A stretch of 41,118 bases of DNA from Flavobacteriales bacterium (GCA_041687875.1 JBDNJH010000138.1:1-41118), one strand, 5' to 3'; positions 1-10,990 are shown, counted from the stretch's first letter. Notes: a model not told the origin generated them from the sequence alone. Made by a program: numbers and translations.

Positions 1-119
1 AATTCTGCACAGAGAACCGAGGGTGAATCCGCGAGATCTACGCGAGACGAATAATCTTTAGAAGGTAATTGCGTTTGCTTTGCTCCCAAAACGAATTCGC
101 TTTAAAGCAAGCAATTCTG

Positions 120-127
120 TAGCTTCG
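120..127 (+). promoter_or_regulatory. Putative Bacteroidota -7 promoter element of the cysCDN operon
   Basis: TAGCTTCG, one mismatch to TAnnTTTG, 10 nt before the cysC ATG. The context TAnCTTCGCGCGCnCAAAA also occurs upstream of aspS. Confidence 0.5.
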
Positions 128-137
128 CGCGCCCAAA

Positions 138-740
138 ATGATTTCAACTTCGGAGAATATTCATACTACGTTTGACCGAATCCTTCAACGCAAGGACAAG
201 GAGAAAATGCTTGGGCAACGGGGTCTGGTGATTTGGATGACGGGACTTTCTGGTTCGGGAAAGACAACAATTGCCGTGGCATTGGAGCAAATGTTGGCCA
301 AAGATGGCGTAGTGACGCAGGTACTTGATGGCGATAACATTCGATTGGGAATCAACAGTAATCTCAGCTTTTCTGAGGTAGACCGAAAAGAGAACATCCG
401 TAGAATTGCTGAGGTTTCTAAACTGTTTGTAAACTGCGGAGTGGTGACTCTGAACTGTTTTGTAAGTCCAACCAAAGACATCCGCCAACAGGCAAAGGAT
501 ATTTTGGGAGAAGACATGGTTGAGATTTTCATTAACACGCCTTTTGAAGAGTGCGAAAAGCGGGATGTCAAAGGCCTATACGCCAAAGCCCGTGCTGGGG
601 AAATAAAGAATTTTACGGGGCTGGATGCGCCATTTGAAGCGCCAGAAAACCCGTTTTTAGATGTAAGAACCGTTGGTCATTCTGTAGAAGAATGTGCTAA
701 GCAAATTTATGACGCGGTGATGCCGCTGATCAAACACTAG
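138..740 (+). CDS. cysC: Adenylyl-sulfate (APS) kinase
   Basis: P-loop WMTGLSGSGKTT, LDGDNIR, RDVKGLY and FTGLDAPFEAP motifs; adjacent to cysD and cysN. Confidence 0.97.
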   Translation: MISTSENIHTTFDRILQRKDKEKMLGQRGLVIWMTGLSGSGKTTIAVALEQMLAKDGVVTQVLDGDNIRLGINSNLSFSEVDRKENIRRIAEVSKLFVNCGVVTLNCFVSPTKDIRQQAKDILGEDMVEIFINTPFEECEKRDVKGLYAKARAGEIKNFTGLDAPFEAPENPFLDVRTVGHSVEECAKQIYDAVMPLIKH

Positions 741-743
741 TTC

Positions 744-1649
744 ATGGAATCATATAAACTGACACATTTAAGGGAATTGGAGGCCGAATCGATGTATGTG
801 CTTCGAGAAGTTGCCGCCCAATTTGAAAACCCTGTTTTGCTTTTCTCAGGAGGAAAAGATTCAATTTTGGTGACGCATTTGGCGAGAAAGGCATTTTGGC
901 CCGCTAAGATTCCTTTTCCATTGATGCACATTGATACAGGTCACAATTTTGCGGAGACCATTGAATTTCGCGATAGCATGGTGGAGAAGATTGGGGCAAG
1001 ATTGATTGTTGCTTCTGTTCAGGAAAGCATTGACAAAGGCCGTGTGGTTGAAGAAAAAGGCGTGAATGCAAGTAGAAATGCGCTTCAAATCACACCTCTT
1101 TTGGACGCGATAGAAGAGCATAAATTTGACTGCGCTATGGGCGGAGCAAGACGAGATGAGGAAAAGGCACGCGCCAAGGAGCGATTCTTCTCACACCGAG
1201 ACGAATTCGGACAGTGGGACCCAAAAAACCAACGACCAGAACTTTGGAACATCTTCAATGGAAAGAAAAACATGGGCGAGCATTTCCGTGTATTCCCTAT
1301 TTCGAATTGGACCGAAATGGACGTGTGGCAATATATTCTTTTAGAAGAAGTTGAAATCCCAAACCTGTATTTTACACACATGCGCAAATGTTTTGAGCGT
1401 GACGGAATGCTTTTGGCCTACGCAGATTTTATGCAATTGAAAGACAGCGAAGAAGTGAAGGAAATGCAGGTACGTTTCAGAACCATTGGCGATCTCACTT
1501 GCACGGGAGCAACGCTTTCCAGCGCGTCAACGTTGGAAGATATTATTGATGAGGTTGCCTCAACACGAGTTACCGAACGCGGTGGCAGGTCTGACGACAA
1601 ACGATCGGAGGCAGCCATGGAAGACAGAAAGAAGCAAGGGTATTTTTGA
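744..1649 (+). CDS. cysD: Sulfate adenylyltransferase subunit 2
   Basis: LFSGGKDS PP-loop, GGARRDEEKARAKER, VRFRTIGD and the C-terminal MEDRKKQGYF. Confidence 0.97.
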   Translation: MESYKLTHLRELEAESMYVLREVAAQFENPVLLFSGGKDSILVTHLARKAFWPAKIPFPLMHIDTGHNFAETIEFRDSMVEKIGARLIVASVQESIDKGRVVEEKGVNASRNALQITPLLDAIEEHKFDCAMGGARRDEEKARAKERFFSHRDEFGQWDPKNQRPELWNIFNGKKNMGEHFRVFPISNWTEMDVWQYILLEEVEIPNLYFTHMRKCFERDGMLLAYADFMQLKDSEEVKEMQVRFRTIGDLTCTGATLSSASTLEDIIDEVASTRVTERGGRSDDKRSEAAMEDRKKQGYF

Positions 1650-1652
1650 AGT

Positions 1653-1727
<75 letters not shown>

Positions 1728-1816
1728 TGTTTAGGCAATATGATTTTCTGTTTTGTTACCGATTAGTTTGGGTCAAGCAGAACATTCGTCCTCTACCAAT
1801 TTTGGCAAGTAGCGAT

Positions 1817-1865
1817 TCCCCCTTGAAAAGGGGGTGGCATCCCGAAATTTCGGGATGACGGGGGA
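1817..1865. repeat. REP-like compound palindrome in the cysD-cysN spacer
   Basis: CCCCCTT-GAA-AAGGGGG hairpin (1818-1834), perfect 20-bp palindrome CATCCCGAAATTTCGGGATG (1838-1857), and outer TCCCCC/GGGGGA arms. Confidence 0.75.
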
Positions 1866-1914
1866 TTTATTGGCAGTATAACATGGAAGCAATTGGGTAA
1901 TTAGAATTTTGAAT

Positions 1915-3201
1915 ATGCAAGATGTAGTAGAAAAGTACGACACCAAGGGCTACCTCGATATGGAGCTTTTGCGGTTTACGACAGCGGGTAGTGTTGATGA
2001 TGGGAAAAGCACCCTAATCGGACGATTGCTGTATGACAGCAAATCGATCTTTGAGGATCAAATGGAGGCGATTCAGGCGATTTCCGACCGTAAAGGTGAT
2101 GAGCACGTGAATCTTGCCCTTTTGACAGACGGACTTCGTGCCGAACGTGAGCAGGGAATCACCATTGATGTGGCCTACCGCTATTTCGCCACGCCAAAAC
2201 GCAAGTTCATTATTGCCGACACCCCAGGACATATTCAGTATACAAGGAATATGGTCACGGGCGCCTCAACAGCCAACTTGGCCATCATTCTTGTTGATGC
2301 ACGTCACGGGGTCATTGAACAGACCAAACGCCATGCTTATATCGCTTCGTTGCTTCAAATTCCGCACGTAGTAGTTTGCGTGAATAAGATGGATCTTGAA
2401 GGTTTTGGTGAGAAAGCTTATGAGAAAGTGCGAAAGACCTTTGAGGATTTTTCTTCAAAATTGGCTATAAAGGATGTCCGATTTGTTCCGATAAGCGCCT
2501 TACTTGGCGACAACGTGGTTGACCGCTCCAAGAACATGGATTGGTACCAAGGCCCAACCTTGATGCACATTCTTGAAAACGTTCATATTGGCAGCGATCA
2601 GAATCTCATTGATTCGCGCTTTCCAGTTCAATATGTTGTGCGGCCAATGACGACCGAGTACCATGATTATCGTGGTTATGCTGGTCGAGTAGCTGGTGGA
2701 ATTTTCCGTCCTGGAGATTCTGTTTCTGTACTTCCTTCTGGATTTACATCCAAAATCAAGTCAATTGATTCCATGAACGGGCCAGTTGAAAAAGCATTTC
2801 CTCCAATGAGTGTGACCATGACTTTGGAAGATGATATCGACATCAGCAGAGGCGACATGATTGTGAAGGTGGGAAACCAGCCGAAACAGGAACAGGAATT
2901 TGACGTGATGATTTGTTGGATGGGTGATCGTCCGTTGCAAGTAGGCGGTAAGTATGCGCTGAAGCACACATCACGTGATGCACGTTGTATTGTTAAAGAG
3001 GTGAAGTATAAGATGAACATCAATACAATGCAGAAACTTGAGAACGACAATAATATTGGACTTAACGACATCGCTCGCATTACGTTAAGAACAACGGTTC
3101 CTATATTCCTCGATGGCTATCGAAAAAACCGTAATACAGGGTCTCTTATTCTGATTGATGAGGCTACCAACAACACTGTTGGTGCTGGAATGATTGTGTA
3201 A
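1915..3201 (+). CDS. cysN: Sulfate adenylyltransferase subunit 1 (GTPase)
   Basis: TAGSVDDGKSTLIGRLL, REQGITIDVAYRYF, DTPGH and NKMD motifs; no fused APS-kinase domain. ATG 1915 is preferred; TTG 1909 is the alternative. Confidence 0.96.
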   Translation: MQDVVEKYDTKGYLDMELLRFTTAGSVDDGKSTLIGRLLYDSKSIFEDQMEAIQAISDRKGDEHVNLALLTDGLRAEREQGITIDVAYRYFATPKRKFIIADTPGHIQYTRNMVTGASTANLAIILVDARHGVIEQTKRHAYIASLLQIPHVVVCVNKMDLEGFGEKAYEKVRKTFEDFSSKLAIKDVRFVPISALLGDNVVDRSKNMDWYQGPTLMHILENVHIGSDQNLIDSRFPVQYVVRPMTTEYHDYRGYAGRVAGGIFRPGDSVSVLPSGFTSKIKSIDSMNGPVEKAFPPMSVTMTLEDDIDISRGDMIVKVGNQPKQEQEFDVMICWMGDRPLQVGGKYALKHTSRDARCIVKEVKYKMNINTMQKLENDNNIGLNDIARITLRTTVPIFLDGYRKNRNTGSLILIDEATNNTVGAGMIV

Positions 3202-3225
3202 ACCATACTTTCGGTCGGATTTAGA

Positions 3226-4602
3226 ATGCAAAGCAAACCCCGCATATTAGTGATTGGCGACATCATGCTCGACCAGTATGTGTCAGGAAAAGTAACGCGC
3301 ATCAGTCCCGAAGCACCTGTGCCTGTTGTCAAGGTTGATAAGGAATGGAGCACGCTTGGTGGCGCTGGAAATGTGGCTGCCAATGCTGCTGCGCTTGGTG
3401 GTAGACCTATACTTTTTGGCCTGATTGGCAATGATGAGGCAGGACGAATTGTGCTTGAAGCTTGTAAGAAAGCTGGAATTGAAACAGCAATTGTTCGAGG
3501 AAATCAACCTACAATCGTCAAAACTCGTGTAGTTTCAGGTCAACAAATCGTTCGTTTTGATAGGGAAGCTCCTATTCTATGGAGCACAGAGCAGTTCAAC
3601 CGTTTTACTTCGGAACTGGAAAATCAAGTTGTTTCCTGTGAGGTAATCTTACTATCAGATTATGCCAAGGGAACACTTTCAGACGAAGTTTTAAAATTGA
3701 TTTTTGACATGGCTTCCAAACACGGAAAGCGTGTGCTGGTTGACCCGAAGCGTGCTGACTGGACCGCATACAGCGGAGCCTTTGTTATTACACCAAATTT
3801 GGTCGAATTGGAAATGACCGAAGCAGGAAAAGGCATCCAGAATGAAGACAATCAGGTTGTTGCAGTCTGCAATTCATTACGTTCCGAGTATGGAATAGAA
3901 AATATTGTAGCAACCAGATCCAGCTACGGAATGACGGTTGTTTCGGAAAACAGAATTCTAAACATTCCAACCCGAGCTTTGGAAGTGTATGACGTAAGTG
4001 GGGCGGGAGACACTGTACTTGCTGCATTCGGAGTGAGTGTGGCCGAAGGAAAGACTGTTGCGGAAAGCGCTTTCGTTGCTAATGCCGCAGCTGGAATTGT
4101 GGTAAGCAAATTGGGAACAGCCATTGTCCATCGGTCTGAATTGGAATCATTCCTGAAAGGTGGTTCTAAACTCATTTCAAGAGAAGGAATAGACAGTTTC
4201 AAAGCACGTAATGAAACGCGTAAAATCGTTTTCACCAACGGCTGTTTCGATGTGCTGCATCAAGGCCACAGAAAACTGCTGCAAGAAGCGCGTGAACTGG
4301 GCGATATGCTTGTGGTCGGATTGAATTCTGACGATTCCATCAAGCGGCTGAAAGGAGCGGAAAGACCTGTAAATTCAGTTTCTCAACGGATTGAGGCTCT
4401 GGCAGCTTTACCTTCGATTGATGCAGTTATCATATTTGAAGACGACACGCCATACGAACTCCTACAAGAACTGAGACCTAACATTCTTGTGAAAGGCGGA
4501 GATTATAAACCAGAGGAAATTGTTGGGCGTGAGTTGGTTGATGAAGTTGTGGTGATCTCATTGGTTGAGGGGGTATCAACAACCGATTTGCTAAAGCAAT
4601 GA
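3226..4602 (+). CDS. hldE: Bifunctional heptose 7-phosphate kinase / heptose 1-phosphate adenylyltransferase
   Basis: N-terminal PfkB domain (RISPEAPVPV, GGAGNVA, DVSGAGDT) plus a C-terminal cytidylyltransferase-like domain (FTNGCFDVLHQGH, VKGGDY). Confidence 0.9.
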   Translation: MQSKPRILVIGDIMLDQYVSGKVTRISPEAPVPVVKVDKEWSTLGGAGNVAANAAALGGRPILFGLIGNDEAGRIVLEACKKAGIETAIVRGNQPTIVKTRVVSGQQIVRFDREAPILWSTEQFNRFTSELENQVVSCEVILLSDYAKGTLSDEVLKLIFDMASKHGKRVLVDPKRADWTAYSGAFVITPNLVELEMTEAGKGIQNEDNQVVAVCNSLRSEYGIENIVATRSSYGMTVVSENRILNIPTRALEVYDVSGAGDTVLAAFGVSVAEGKTVAESAFVANAAAGIVVSKLGTAIVHRSELESFLKGGSKLISREGIDSFKARNETRKIVFTNGCFDVLHQGHRKLLQEARELGDMLVVGLNSDDSIKRLKGAERPVNSVSQRIEALAALPSIDAVIIFEDDTPYELLQELRPNILVKGGDYKPEEIVGRELVDEVVVISLVEGVSTTDLLKQ

Positions 4603-4685
4603 TGTTTTGGAGATTCAAAGTCTTCTTGCTGTCTAAAGAGTACAGTAATGGATTACATTGACGTAATTTGTGACACGCTATAAAC

Positions 4686-6059
4686 ATGAACTTTCGAGAC
4701 CGGTCAATAGCATTTCGATTTCTGGCCGATATACTGTGCGTTTCATTGGCCTTTTTCTTCGCAGTATGGTTATCTCATCATTTAAATTTTCCGTTCCGCA
4801 AGAGAGATCTTCTTCATTGGTTCATTCTTTTGTTTGGCTGGTTTCAGTTTGTTGATAATCTGGATTATTACAATAATTTCCGACTGAAAAATGTGGCTCA
4901 CGACCTTCTGATCACTATAAGAGTTACGATTATCATGGTAATCGTATACGGAATTTCGGCCTTCCTTCTCGATACTGGAGGTGATGAAAGAGTCGGATTC
5001 TTGACCTTCTTCGTAGTGCTGCTCCCCATATTGTTCATCAGAAAATACATTTTTAGGAGGCTGTTTCATTTTTTGAGCTCCAACAACAAGGATAAGGTTG
5101 TTTTTGTTGGAAATTCAAAGGCGAGCAACGAAATCTACGATGCCATGCGCAGAAGACCATGGATGGGGTATTCCGTAATGGGTAGATTGGATTTGGACAA
5201 GAATTATGATACAGTTCACATGCTTCAGGAGTTGGCAGGTTTGCTGGAAACAGTTAAACCGAACCGGATTTTTGTTGACGAAAAAAGTATTCGTAGGCAA
5301 GACCTTGACCAAGTGGTTTCTGAATGTCTTTCACACACGGTGCAGCCGTTCATTTTGCCAGAAGGACTCAAGTTCTTCTCAGAGAGGTTTCAGGTTCAGT
5401 TTTTTGATGATATTCCGATAATAGCAGTGCGCAAAAATCCCTTGGAGCGGTTTAGGTATCGGTCCTTGAAAAGAGGGTTTGATTTATTGTTTAGCGGATT
5501 GTTGTTGTTAACCGTCCTGCCCCCAGTTTTTTTGTTTCTCGCAATTCTTATTCGGATAGACTCCAGAGGACCAATTCTTTTTGTTCAAACCCGATGGGGA
5601 TTGAATAATGTGCCTTTTAATACATTGAAGTTCAGAAGTATGAGGTCAGACTCTACCGACACAAGAGATGGAAAATATCAGCAGGCCAAAAAGGGCGACC
5701 CTAGAATTACAAAAGTTGGTGCATTCCTTAGAAAATCAAACCTCGATGAGCTACCACAATTTATAAATGTATTTAGAGGAGATATGAGTGTGGTAGGGCC
5801 ACGACCACATCCAGGCCCACTTAATGTTGAGTCTAGGGCAGTTGTAGACAACTACCTTCAACGCCATTTGGTTAAGCCAGGTATAACAGGTTGGGCACAG
5901 GTAAATGGAGCAAGAGGAGAAACTAGGCAGATTGCTCAAATGCAAAAACGGGTCGATTATGACATTTGGTACATAGAAAACTGGAGCTTTCTACTAGATA
6001 TACGAATTATTTTTCAGACAGTGTGGAACATGTATAAAGGAGAAAAACACGCTTATTGA
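4686..6059 (+). CDS. Priming undecaprenyl-phosphate glycosylphosphotransferase (WcaJ/WbaP family)
   Basis: N-terminal TM helices plus a bacterial sugar transferase domain ([44 protein letters not shown]). Confidence 0.93.
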   Translation: MNFRDRSIAFRFLADILCVSLAFFFAVWLSHHLNFPFRKRDLLHWFILLFGWFQFVDNLDYYNNFRLKNVAHDLLITIRVTIIMVIVYGISAFLLDTGGDERVGFLTFFVVLLPILFIRKYIFRRLFHFLSSNNKDKVVFVGNSKASNEIYDAMRRRPWMGYSVMGRLDLDKNYDTVHMLQELAGLLETVKPNRIFVDEKSIRRQDLDQVVSECLSHTVQPFILPEGLKFFSERFQVQFFDDIPIIAVRKNPLERFRYRSLKRGFDLLFSGLLLLTVLPPVFLFLAILIRIDSRGPILFVQTRWGLNNVPFNTLKFRSMRSDSTDTRDGKYQQAKKGDPRITKVGAFLRKSNLDELPQFINVFRGDMSVVGPRPHPGPLNVESRAVVDNYLQRHLVKPGITGWAQVNGARGETRQIAQMQKRVDYDIWYIENWSFLLDIRIIFQTVWNMYKGEKHAY

Positions 6060-7744
6060 TGAAGATTTTAGCACGGAAAATTCAGCATTGTTTGGTATGC
6101 ATTGTTTTAGTGTTTGTCACAACCAATGTCTTTGGACAATTCATTCCACATCACACAGACCATGAAGACATTTACAACTACCTCTCAGAACTTAGAATTC
6201 TTGGAGTTGTTGATTACAATCCAGCGGTCAAACCACTATCAAGAAAAGCTATAGCCGAGATGTTGGTTAAGGCTGACACATCGGCTCGGTTGAATAGTAT
6301 TCAGAAAAAGGAACTGAACTTTTGGTTTCAGGAGTTTGGCAAGGAGATCGGTTACGGGAATGTTCGGAAAAAGGACAAATTTTTCCAACGGAGAGAGTAC
6401 GAAGAAATGCCCATTAAGAAAAGGCTAGACCTGTTCTATTTTTCGAGTAAACAGTTTCAGTTAACGCTCAATCCTATCATATCGGGTTTTGGAAGCGTTT
6501 CAATGGGTAGAGACCTGAGGCGATATCAGTGGTGGGGAGGCGAAATGTTTGGCAGAATAGGAAAGAATTTTGGCTTTTATTTCAGTGCTAGGGATTATTT
6601 GGAGCAGCCTAATTTCAATAGTAATCCATTTCTATCCCCGAACATTGGAGGAGTTTATAGAAGAACAGCACCGGGTAGCAATGCCATTGGTTTTTACGAA
6701 TTGCGAGGTGGAATAACTTACGATTGGAAATGGGGTCAGATTGGTATTGTAAAGGATCATTTGCAGCTGGGTTCTGCACCCGAAACATCTGTTATTCTTA
6801 CCGACCGTGCGCCTAGTTTTCCAAGAATTCATTTGCAGTTGAAGCCCATAAGATGGGCCGAGTTGACCTATACACTTGGCTGGCTTAATTCTAGTTTGGT
6901 GGATAGCAGCAGATCATATATTACCGGAAATGGGGCGTATCGTCAGGTCTTTCATAGGAAATTTATTGCCGCAAATATGATTACCATTCGTCCGTGGAAA
7001 GTGTTGAGTATAAGTGTGGGCAGTTCGGTCATCATTGCTGACAATAACCTCAATGTTGGTCATTTCATTCCCATCATGTTTTATACTGCACTGGATCAGA
7101 GCTTCAATGGACAAAACAACAATGCGGGCCAGAACAGTCAGATTTACGGTGATATTTCTTGGGATGTTTTTACTTGGGGTCAGCTGTATGCAAGTGTTCT
7201 GGTTGATGAAATCCAGATTTCGACCATCTTCGATTCCGAAAAACAGAGGAATGCAGTGAGTTGGCAGGTAGGGGCTAGTACCCGACCGCTAACGAAAGCA
7301 AATCTGAAATTCTATGGGTCTTATACCCGAACAAGGCCTGGGGTATACGGACACTATATTCCCACCACCACATACTCCCATGCCGGATATGGATTAGGGC
7401 ATTTTCTTGGAGAGAATTCTGATCAGATGATAGCTGGGATACAGTTGCGTCCAATCGCTAAAATGAGAATAGTTCTAGAATGGCAGCGGTGGAGAAAAGG
7501 ACCCGAACACGTTTACGGAAACAATGCCAATAATTTATCAGGGGCGCAATTTCTTCAACAAACACTAAGTTCTAGCGACCGAGTTGGTATAAGAGTTCGT
7601 TATCAAGTGATTAATGATGTAATCTTTCAGCTTTCGGCAGATTACACGAAGGGAAGTTCAGATGGAGTTTATCCATTCCCCGAAGTTCAAACTAAAAATG
7701 TTTCGGAAGTTTGGTTTGGGTTAGGCATTCAGATTGGGATGTGA
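6059..7744 (+). CDS. Outer-membrane beta-barrel protein, capsule assembly Wzi-like
   Basis: Signal peptide ending VFGQ, alternating beta-strand pattern, GLGHFLGENS motif, and location in the capsule locus. TGATG overlap with the upstream gene. Confidence 0.65.
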   Translation: MKILARKIQHCLVCIVLVFVTTNVFGQFIPHHTDHEDIYNYLSELRILGVVDYNPAVKPLSRKAIAEMLVKADTSARLNSIQKKELNFWFQEFGKEIGYGNVRKKDKFFQRREYEEMPIKKRLDLFYFSSKQFQLTLNPIISGFGSVSMGRDLRRYQWWGGEMFGRIGKNFGFYFSARDYLEQPNFNSNPFLSPNIGGVYRRTAPGSNAIGFYELRGGITYDWKWGQIGIVKDHLQLGSAPETSVILTDRAPSFPRIHLQLKPIRWAELTYTLGWLNSSLVDSSRSYITGNGAYRQVFHRKFIAANMITIRPWKVLSISVGSSVIIADNNLNVGHFIPIMFYTALDQSFNGQNNNAGQNSQIYGDISWDVFTWGQLYASVLVDEIQISTIFDSEKQRNAVSWQVGASTRPLTKANLKFYGSYTRTRPGVYGHYIPTTTYSHAGYGLGHFLGENSDQMIAGIQLRPIAKMRIVLEWQRWRKGPEHVYGNNANNLSGAQFLQQTLSSSDRVGIRVRYQVINDVIFQLSADYTKGSSDGVYPFPEVQTKNVSEVWFGLGIQIGM

Positions 7745-7756
7745 CAGAATCGGTGT

Positions 7757-7788
7757 CTTGCAGAAATCACAGATTTGTTTTTTGCAAG
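7757..7788. terminator. Possible bidirectional terminator between the convergent arms
   Basis: Imperfect hairpin CTTGCAG-AAATC-ACA-GATTT...TTGCAAG in the 64-nt gap between two convergent stop codons. Confidence 0.35.
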
Positions 7789-7808
7789 CAGGATTTAAGT
7801 CAAAAAGC

Positions 7809-10208
7809 TTACTTGCCAAACAATTTTTTCCAACTCCATTTTGAGGTCGGTTCTTCGGAGTAACCATAGCCATAGCCATAACCATAACCATAGCCAAATC
7901 TAGATTGCTTCACATCGTTGAGCACAATAGAAACGCTTTTGATTTTTTTCGTACGATTCAATTCGTTGATGTAAGAAAGAGTAGGGATTTTGGAGACCCC
8001 TTGACGTACAACATATATGGTAGTAGTGGCGTAATCTGAGAGTATCAAGCTATCTGTTACCAAACCAATTGGAGGTGTATCAATTATAACGTAATCGTAT
8101 ACGTTAGAAAGGTCTTCTAACATTTTCGGAAGGTTTTTCCCCATTAGAAGCTCAGAAGGGTTTGGGGGAATTGGACCGCCTACCATCACGTCAAAATTCG
8201 TGTAATCAGTTTTGGAGATAGCTGAATTCAGGTCGCAGATGTTAGCCAGAACCGAACTAGCCCCTACATCATTAGAAATATTGAAGTAGTCTGCTAACCT
8301 GGGCTTCCTCAGGTCTAAACCAACAACAATTGTTTTGCTTCCGCCCAATGCCAAAGACGCAGCTAAATTGATAGAGAAAAAGGATTTCCCTTCAGATCCT
8401 ATTGCAGATGTTACTTGAATGATTTTGCGATTCTTCTTCGACTCGGTTGATTGATTACCAATAATAAAATTCAAATTGGTACGAATAGACCTAAATGCTT
8501 CAGAAATCGGTGAGTTGGTATTGTTTTTTATTACCACATAATCTGATGACTCGTTGTGCGGAATAATTCCCAAAAAAGGAGTGCTGATATGGCTTTTCAA
8601 ATCATCTAAACTCTTTATTCTGTTATCGAATATCATTACTAGAAACACGTAAACCAATGGGATAGACAAACCACCAATGAGTCCAAGCAGATAGATGATG
8701 TTCTTTTTGGGACTAATTGGTTTGTCAGAACTCCGAGCTTTGTCAAGTACCATGTTGTCAGAAAGGGTAGAAGCAAGTAGAATGGAGTTTTCAGATTTTT
8801 TTTCAAGCAGTAGGAGATAAAGACTCTCTTTGATTGTGTATTGCCGCTGTAACGCCAATAATTCGTATTCGGCCTGCGGCAATAAATTAACTTTGAGTTC
8901 CACCTTGGCCAGTTGTTTTCCAACCTCTTTTTTTGAAGCCGAAAGCCCACTCCTGATACTTTGAATGTTATTGATTAATGAGGCTTTGGCCTCCTTGATT
9001 TTTGCATCGATGGAACCTACCAAGGGATTATATGCCTTGGTGAATCCTAGCAGACTTTCCCGTTCTGACGAAAGTTCACTTAAGGTTACTATGAGGCTGG
9101 TGAGAAGCGGATCGGTGAGTCCTAAACTGGATGGAGATGCGTTATTGAGGTCTTTGTCACTTTTGATATAATCTTCCAAATAATTTATGACGCTCAGTTT
9201 TACGTCCAGTTCCGACATGGTTTTGTCCAATGCGCCTACCTGCTGAAGAAAATAATCAGCTTCTGAACTTACGTCTGTAATACCATATTGGCTCTTATAG
9301 CTTTTTATATCCTCCTCAAGCTTTCTTAAATCTTTTGTAATGACCTCTAGTTGATCATCGATGAATCCAAGCGTATTTGAAGCAAGCTGGTTCTTCTTTT
9401 CTATGTTGTCTTGTATGTAAACATTGAGTACTGCGTTGAGTAAATCAACACCTCTATCAGGTACGTTGTCATTCACGGTTAATTTAAGGATACTCGCTTT
9501 TTCTCTGGCTTCTTCGACCTTCAACTTCTCCAAATACACAGAGGTCAGTAGGTCAATATTTCTAACCGTCAGTTCATAATCTTGGCTAAGAGCAGAGTCT
9601 CCTAATACCATGGTCTCAAAGAATTCTGTTTTGACAAGTCTGAAGTTTCCTAGTTCATTACTAAAGTTCTCACCCAGTTGCACCTCTTCAAAAAACTCAA
9701 CATCATCATGTGTGTGCAGATTCACAAAGGAATAAGCGATTTGCACATGAATTCCATCTTCCTTGATAGATAATTCCATCGTAAAAATGGGAGGGGTTTC
9801 CTCCGATGCGATATAATCGAGTTTAATTGGAAGTTCTTTGTACAAATCCCTTTTACGAAGACCAAGTATCACAGCATAATTGACATTTAACTCTTGTGTT
9901 GCCAAAGCCCTTTCCATCATACTTCTGGACGATAGAATGGCAATCTCATTTTCGATGTTTCGTTTTTTTCCGGCAAAACCAACTTCGTCTAGTATGCTCT
10001 GTGAAATGTCATTGCCCTCATCCTCAACTAGGACCGTGGCCACCATACCATACTCTGGCTGTTCGTGCCAAATATATCCGTAGGCCAATAATAGGCTCAA
10101 GGGAATGAAAACTGCGAATAGCTTCCAGCTTTCCAACACGAGCTGAAACACCTTAGCCAAGTCTAACTCGTCTTCTTCCTGCTGGTTATGTGGTTGAATG
10201 TCTGACAT
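7809..10208 (-). CDS. wzc: Polysaccharide co-polymerase / BY tyrosine autokinase
   Basis: Two TM segments around a coiled-coil periplasmic region, Walker A TSAIGSEGKS, DLRKP, IIDTPP and a C-terminal YGYGYGYGYGY cluster. Confidence 0.93.
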   Translation of the reverse strand: MSDIQPHNQQEEDELDLAKVFQLVLESWKLFAVFIPLSLLLAYGYIWHEQPEYGMVATVLVEDEGNDISQSILDEVGFAGKKRNIENEIAILSSRSMMERALATQELNVNYAVILGLRKRDLYKELPIKLDYIASEETPPIFTMELSIKEDGIHVQIAYSFVNLHTHDDVEFFEEVQLGENFSNELGNFRLVKTEFFETMVLGDSALSQDYELTVRNIDLLTSVYLEKLKVEEAREKASILKLTVNDNVPDRGVDLLNAVLNVYIQDNIEKKNQLASNTLGFIDDQLEVITKDLRKLEEDIKSYKSQYGITDVSSEADYFLQQVGALDKTMSELDVKLSVINYLEDYIKSDKDLNNASPSSLGLTDPLLTSLIVTLSELSSERESLLGFTKAYNPLVGSIDAKIKEAKASLINNIQSIRSGLSASKKEVGKQLAKVELKVNLLPQAEYELLALQRQYTIKESLYLLLLEKKSENSILLASTLSDNMVLDKARSSDKPISPKKNIIYLLGLIGGLSIPLVYVFLVMIFDNRIKSLDDLKSHISTPFLGIIPHNESSDYVVIKNNTNSPISEAFRSIRTNLNFIIGNQSTESKKNRKIIQVTSAIGSEGKSFFSINLAASLALGGSKTIVVGLDLRKPRLADYFNISNDVGASSVLANICDLNSAISKTDYTNFDVMVGGPIPPNPSELLMGKNLPKMLEDLSNVYDYVIIDTPPIGLVTDSLILSDYATTTIYVVRQGVSKIPTLSYINELNRTKKIKSVSIVLNDVKQSRFGYGYGYGYGYGYSEEPTSKWSWKKLFGK

Positions 10209-10213
10209 GGAAA

Positions 10214-10978
10214 TTATGGGAAGGTTATCCTTGAAAAGAAAAGCCCCAAGGCTGTTAGGCCACTGAATACAATCGGCAGAATCTTATACCATGCATCGAC
10301 AGATGCAAACTTGCCTTTTCCAGGCTCAACGTATAGGATGTCATTGTTGTGGAGATAGTAATATTCTGATTCAAAGAAGGCCTTTGAGGTAAGATCGAGC
10401 TTAACGAATTTGCGCTGACCCGATTCTTCCCTTATTACCAAGACGTTTACCCTTCTTGCAAAGATGGTCATGTCTCCAGCCAATCCGAGCGCCTCAACAA
10501 GAGTTATCTTCTCGTTAGGAATAGTGTATACGCCAGGGTTCAACACTTCCCCTAAAACGGTAACCTTAAAATTGCTGATACGCATATTGACCGTTGGACC
10601 AACAAGGTACTTTTCCAATAGTCCTTTTATCTCATTTTTGGCGATCTGAGTTGATTTTCCGGTGACCATAATTGATCCGATAAGTGGCATTTCAATGTTT
10701 CCTATGGCATCTACCAAATAGGTGTTGGCAACCTGTTGGTCTGTTGTTTCTCCTACAACATTAAAAAAACTGCTAGCTTCCTTGCTTAAACTTGTAACAT
10801 GTATGGATAATAAGTCACCAGCTTGGATGACGGCTTCAAAATTATGAGTGATTGGCTGAACGGAAAGCGTATCCGAAATATCCTGAAAATACGATATGTC
10901 CTTTCGGGTGATACACGACTGGGAAAGTAACAGAATGGAAGATAATAGCAAGAAGAGGATTCCCGAGCGAATTTTCAT
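10214..10978 (-). CDS. wza: Polysaccharide export outer-membrane lipoprotein
   Basis: Lipobox SQSC, Poly_export region (IQAGDLLSI, GNIEMPLIG) and SLBB region (VTVLGEV..PG, TLVEALGLAGD); directly upstream of wzc. Confidence 0.92.
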   Translation of the reverse strand: MKIRSGILFLLLSSILLLSQSCITRKDISYFQDISDTLSVQPITHNFEAVIQAGDLLSIHVTSLSKEASSFFNVVGETTDQQVANTYLVDAIGNIEMPLIGSIMVTGKSTQIAKNEIKGLLEKYLVGPTVNMRISNFKVTVLGEVLNPGVYTIPNEKITLVEALGLAGDMTIFARRVNVLVIREESGQRKFVKLDLTSKAFFESEYYYLHNNDILYVEPGKGKFASVDAWYKILPIVFSGLTALGLFFSRITFP

Positions 10979-10982
10979 GGCG

Positions 10983-10990
10983 CAAATATA
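10983..10990 (-). promoter_or_regulatory. Bacteroidota -7 promoter element for wza-wzc
   Basis: TATATTTG, a perfect TAnnTTTG match, 4 nt before the wza ATG. Confidence 0.6.

Noticed and set aside
38-47. CTACGCGAGA matching the reverse complement of 38354-38363
   Set aside because: The match is only 10 bp and lies at the window edge, so it cannot be distinguished from chance without upstream sequence.
7859-7895. Hexamer-like repeat at the wzc 3' end
   Set aside because: It is the normal YG tyrosine cluster of BY-kinases.
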